A stretch of DNA of 8,057 bases from an uncultured Muribaculaceae bacterium (GTDB taxonomy: Bacteria > Pseudomonadota > Alphaproteobacteria > Rs-D84): positions 28,752 through 36,808 of the forward strand of contig CAYJKO010000005.1 in assembly GCA_964371145.1 (NCBI GenBank). The letters run 5' to 3'. Positions 6,212-8,057 of this stretch are shown in pieces. Positions within the stretch are counted from its first letter, which is position 1. Every line of letters starts with the position of its first letter. Under the pieces are notes generated by a model that had not been told where the DNA came from, ran no database searches, and was given only the letters and a program-made list of their open reading frames with translations. A program made the position numbers and the translations under genes.

Positions 6212-6760
6212 TTATTTAACGGGTGCCAACATAATTGATTTTGTTTGTTCGTCCGGTTTTGAACGCGATTCCAAAGTTCCATGGCCTTCTGACATTTTAA
6301 TGATTTTTTCAAACAATTCTGGAACAACCGCACGACCCAACGCCAAAACTTTTTTATGGCCACGTGTCATAACGGATATTTTTACTTTGTCGCCGTCTGC
6401 TAAAAATTCAAAAACTTTTTTCATTTTTATATTCAAATCGTTTTCTTCAATAAAAGGTTTTACCCAAACTTCTTTCATTTCAGTTGTTTTTTGATTTTTC
6501 TTTGCTTCGGAATTTTTCTTTTTACGGTCGTATTTAAATTTTCCGTAATCAATTAATTTAGCAACTGATGGTGTGCTGTTCGCGTTAATTTCCACCAAAT
6601 CCAATCCCAAATCAGCCGCCATCTGCAAAGCCATATTGGTTGCGATAACACCACGGTTTTCGCCGGTTTCGTCAATTAATTGAACGGTTTTATCTGTAAT
6701 TCTTTCGTTGATTCTTGGTCCCATGTCGCGACGAGAATCTTTGTTATTTCTTGGTCGTAT
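6212..6760 (-). CDS. infC: Translation initiation factor IF-3, probably initiating at a non-canonical ATA codon (182 codons); the ATG-only model is 6212-6724
   Basis: IF-3 hallmarks are GPRINERI..., VQLIDETGENRGV, DLVEI, KLIDYGKFKYD and a C-terminal domain ending LAPVK. The ATG at 6724 has no SD. The in-frame ATA at 6760-6758 follows a strong AGGAG (6771-6767) with a 6-nt spacer and adds a basic N-terminal peptide (RPRNNKDSRRD). An in-frame TAA lies six codons upstream of the ATA. Confidence 0.9.
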   Translation of the reverse strand: MRPRNNKDSRRDMGPRINERITDKTVQLIDETGENRGVIATNMALQMAADLGLDLVEINANSTPSVAKLIDYGKFKYDRKKKNSEAKKNQKTTEMKEVWVKPFIEENDLNIKMKKVFEFLADGDKVKISVMTRGHKKVLALGRAVVPELFEKIIKMSEGHGTLESRSKPDEQTKSIMLAPVK

Positions 6761-6791
6761 TTTCAGCTCCTTATATTACTGTACCTGTGTA

Positions 6792-7511
6792 TTATATATT
6801 GTTTGTGCCATTTTTCAAGAGTTTTTGCAAGTTTTGTAAAGCATTCCAAACATCTCGTTTTGCATCCGGTTTTAAAATTAAAAAACTTGGGTGATAAATG
6901 GATATTGTATCAATGTTGTCGAATGATTTTAAAGTGCCCCCCATATCTTTTGGGATTTTGGCATTTGCGACCGCGGTTGCGGTAATAGCGCCCAATGTTA
7001 AAATAACGCGTGGGTTTATAATGTCGATTGCTTTTTTTACAAAATCCATACCTGAATCTATTTCTGATTGTTCCGGTGTTCGCCCACCCGGGGTTCTCCA
7101 TGCAAGAATTGGAATAATTGATGTTGTCGTTCTGTCTATTTCAATGGCAGACAACATTTTGTTTAACAATTCCCCTGCACCGTTTGTTAATATTTTTTTA
7201 TTATTTTCGTCCACGTCAGATGGCATATCTGTGATAATTAAAAGACCGGATGAATTGTCGCCAAAATCCGGCAAAACGGTGTTTTTTGCAAATTGTTTCA
7301 AAGGATGATTATATTCAGAAATAGCGGCGGACAATTCATCCAAAGTCTGTACATCGTTCAAATCTTTTTTAACCGCTGGTTCAATGGGTGGAACAATATT
7401 ATTGGTTTCCGGTGTTTCGGGTTTGGTGTTTAATTTTGTTGGGGTTGGGTTTTCGTTTATTTCCCAATTTACGCCCGCCATACATAAATCTTTGATTTTA
7501 TTATTGCTCAT
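6792..7511 (-). CDS. Uracil-DNA glycosylase family-4-like protein, divergent: no Fe-S cysteines and a non-canonical motif A
   Basis: 239 aa. The C-terminal ~150 aa follow the family-4 UDG layout. The elements are NGAGELLNKMLSAIEIDR, a WRTPGGRTPEQSEI segment, INPRVILTLGA and motif B YHPSFLILKP, followed by KRDVW. The N-terminal ~85 aa are Pro/Thr/Asn-rich. The call rests on motif recognition from memory, not a database search. Confidence 0.65.
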   Translation of the reverse strand: MSNNKIKDLCMAGVNWEINENPTPTKLNTKPETPETNNIVPPIEPAVKKDLNDVQTLDELSAAISEYNHPLKQFAKNTVLPDFGDNSSGLLIITDMPSDVDENNKKILTNGAGELLNKMLSAIEIDRTTTSIIPILAWRTPGGRTPEQSEIDSGMDFVKKAIDIINPRVILTLGAITATAVANAKIPKDMGGTLKSFDNIDTISIYHPSFLILKPDAKRDVWNALQNLQKLLKNGTNNI

Positions 7512-7524
7512 ATTCCGTTTTCCC

Positions 7525-7553
7525 TTGAATTAATAGTCATTTTAATATATAAT
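7525..7553 (+). promoter_or_regulatory. Candidate sigma70-type promoter for pal
   Basis: TTGAAT (7525-7530), 17-bp spacer, TATAAT (7548-7553). It is followed by the SD GGGAG (7578-7582), 7 nt before the ATG at 7590. Confidence 0.5.
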
Positions 7554-7589
7554 ATACCACGAACAACAAAAACTCAAGGGAGTGTTTTC

Positions 7590-8000
7590 ATGAAAATTAA
7601 AAACTTAGCAATGTTGGCAGGAGCTTCTTTATTGGTTACTGCTTGCGGTTGTATCACAGAACCAGCAGATATGAACGGTCAAGCTGCATATTTCGAATAT
7701 GCTTCATCTGAAATCACATCTGATTCTGAAAATAACTTGTTGGGTCAAGCTTTGTATATGAAAAATCACCCAGAAACAGAAATCCAGGTTGCTGGAAACT
7801 GTGACGAACGTGGTTCAACAGAATACAACTTGGCTTTGGGTGCACGTCGTGCAAACGCAGCAAAAGCAGTTATGGTTCAAGATGGCGTAGAAGCTGATCG
7901 TATTTCAACAATTTCTTATGGTAAAGAACGTCCAGCCGTAAAAGGTACAGGCGAAGAAGTTTGGAAATGGAACAGAAACGCAACAACAACTGTTAAATAA
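7590..8000 (+). CDS. pal: Peptidoglycan-associated lipoprotein Pal (OmpA-like domain), compact 136-aa form
   Basis: The signal peptide carries the lipobox LVTA|C (Cys19). The OmpA-like peptidoglycan-binding core is GNCDERGSTEYNLALGARRANA...ISYGKERP. The gene has a strong SD and tandem stops TAA TAG. Confidence 0.9.
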   Translation: MKIKNLAMLAGASLLVTACGCITEPADMNGQAAYFEYASSEITSDSENNLLGQALYMKNHPETEIQVAGNCDERGSTEYNLALGARRANAAKAVMVQDGVEADRISTISYGKERPAVKGTGEEVWKWNRNATTTVK

Positions 8001-8019
8001 TAGATTGTTGATGAAATTT

Positions 8020-8045
8020 AAAACCGCCCAATTGGGCGGTTTTTT
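8020..8045 (+). terminator. Rho-independent terminator of pal
   Basis: AAAACCGCCC-AATT-GGGCGGTTTT, with a GC core CCGCCC/GGGCGG and a run of 6 T (8040-8045). It starts 20 nt after the pal stop. Confidence 0.85.
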
Positions 8046-8057
8046 ATTAGAGATAAT

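Noticed and set aside
6178-6363. 61-aa minus-strand ORF overlapping the infC 3' end and the tRNA-Val promoter
   Set aside because: It lies out of frame within the well-supported infC gene and extends over the promoter region. It has no SD and no recognisable motif.
257-7308. Plus-strand and alternative-frame ORFs of 63-136 aa in the track (for example 257-448, 924-1220, 2193-2552, 3002-3397, 4310-4636, 6680-6985, 6898-7308)
   Set aside because: All lie antisense to, or out of frame within, strongly supported conserved genes. Their products are low-complexity and Phe/Ile/Asn/Ser-rich, as expected from translating AT-rich antisense DNA. None has a convincing SD.

Overview
AT-rich, gene-dense housekeeping window. 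Pal, an outer-membrane lipoprotein, indicates a Gram-negative-type genome, and several proteins are compact, suggesting streamlining. I cannot assign a taxon from the sequence alone. Nine of the ten genes are on the minus strand. Read right to left they are: family-4-UDG-like protein, infC, tRNA-Val(GAC), an unusual repeat locus, metG, queH, fabD, fabG, mnmG, tRNA-Thr(CGU). The single plus-strand gene, pal, sits at the right end with its own promoter and terminator. Hand-scanning finds near-consensus sigma70-type promoters (TTGxxx, 16-18 bp, TATAAT) in front of five units: tRNA-Thr, fabD, metG, tRNA-Val and pal. No integrase, transposase, cas, toxin or other accessory-system ORF is visible, so I do not claim a novel protein-encoded system. 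The one region ordinary annotation does not explain is 5763-6114. There, a 92-bp near-identical direct repeat begins inside the T-loop of tRNA-Val. It duplicates the tRNA 3' end and its terminator, and the two copies flank an 88-bp unique insert that carries an 11-bp perfect inverted repeat. Secondary observations are a probable non-ATG (ATA) start for infC, a UDG-like protein lacking the Fe-S cysteines and the canonical motif A, a fab cluster that runs directly into mnmG, a shortened MnmG, and an orphan pal.
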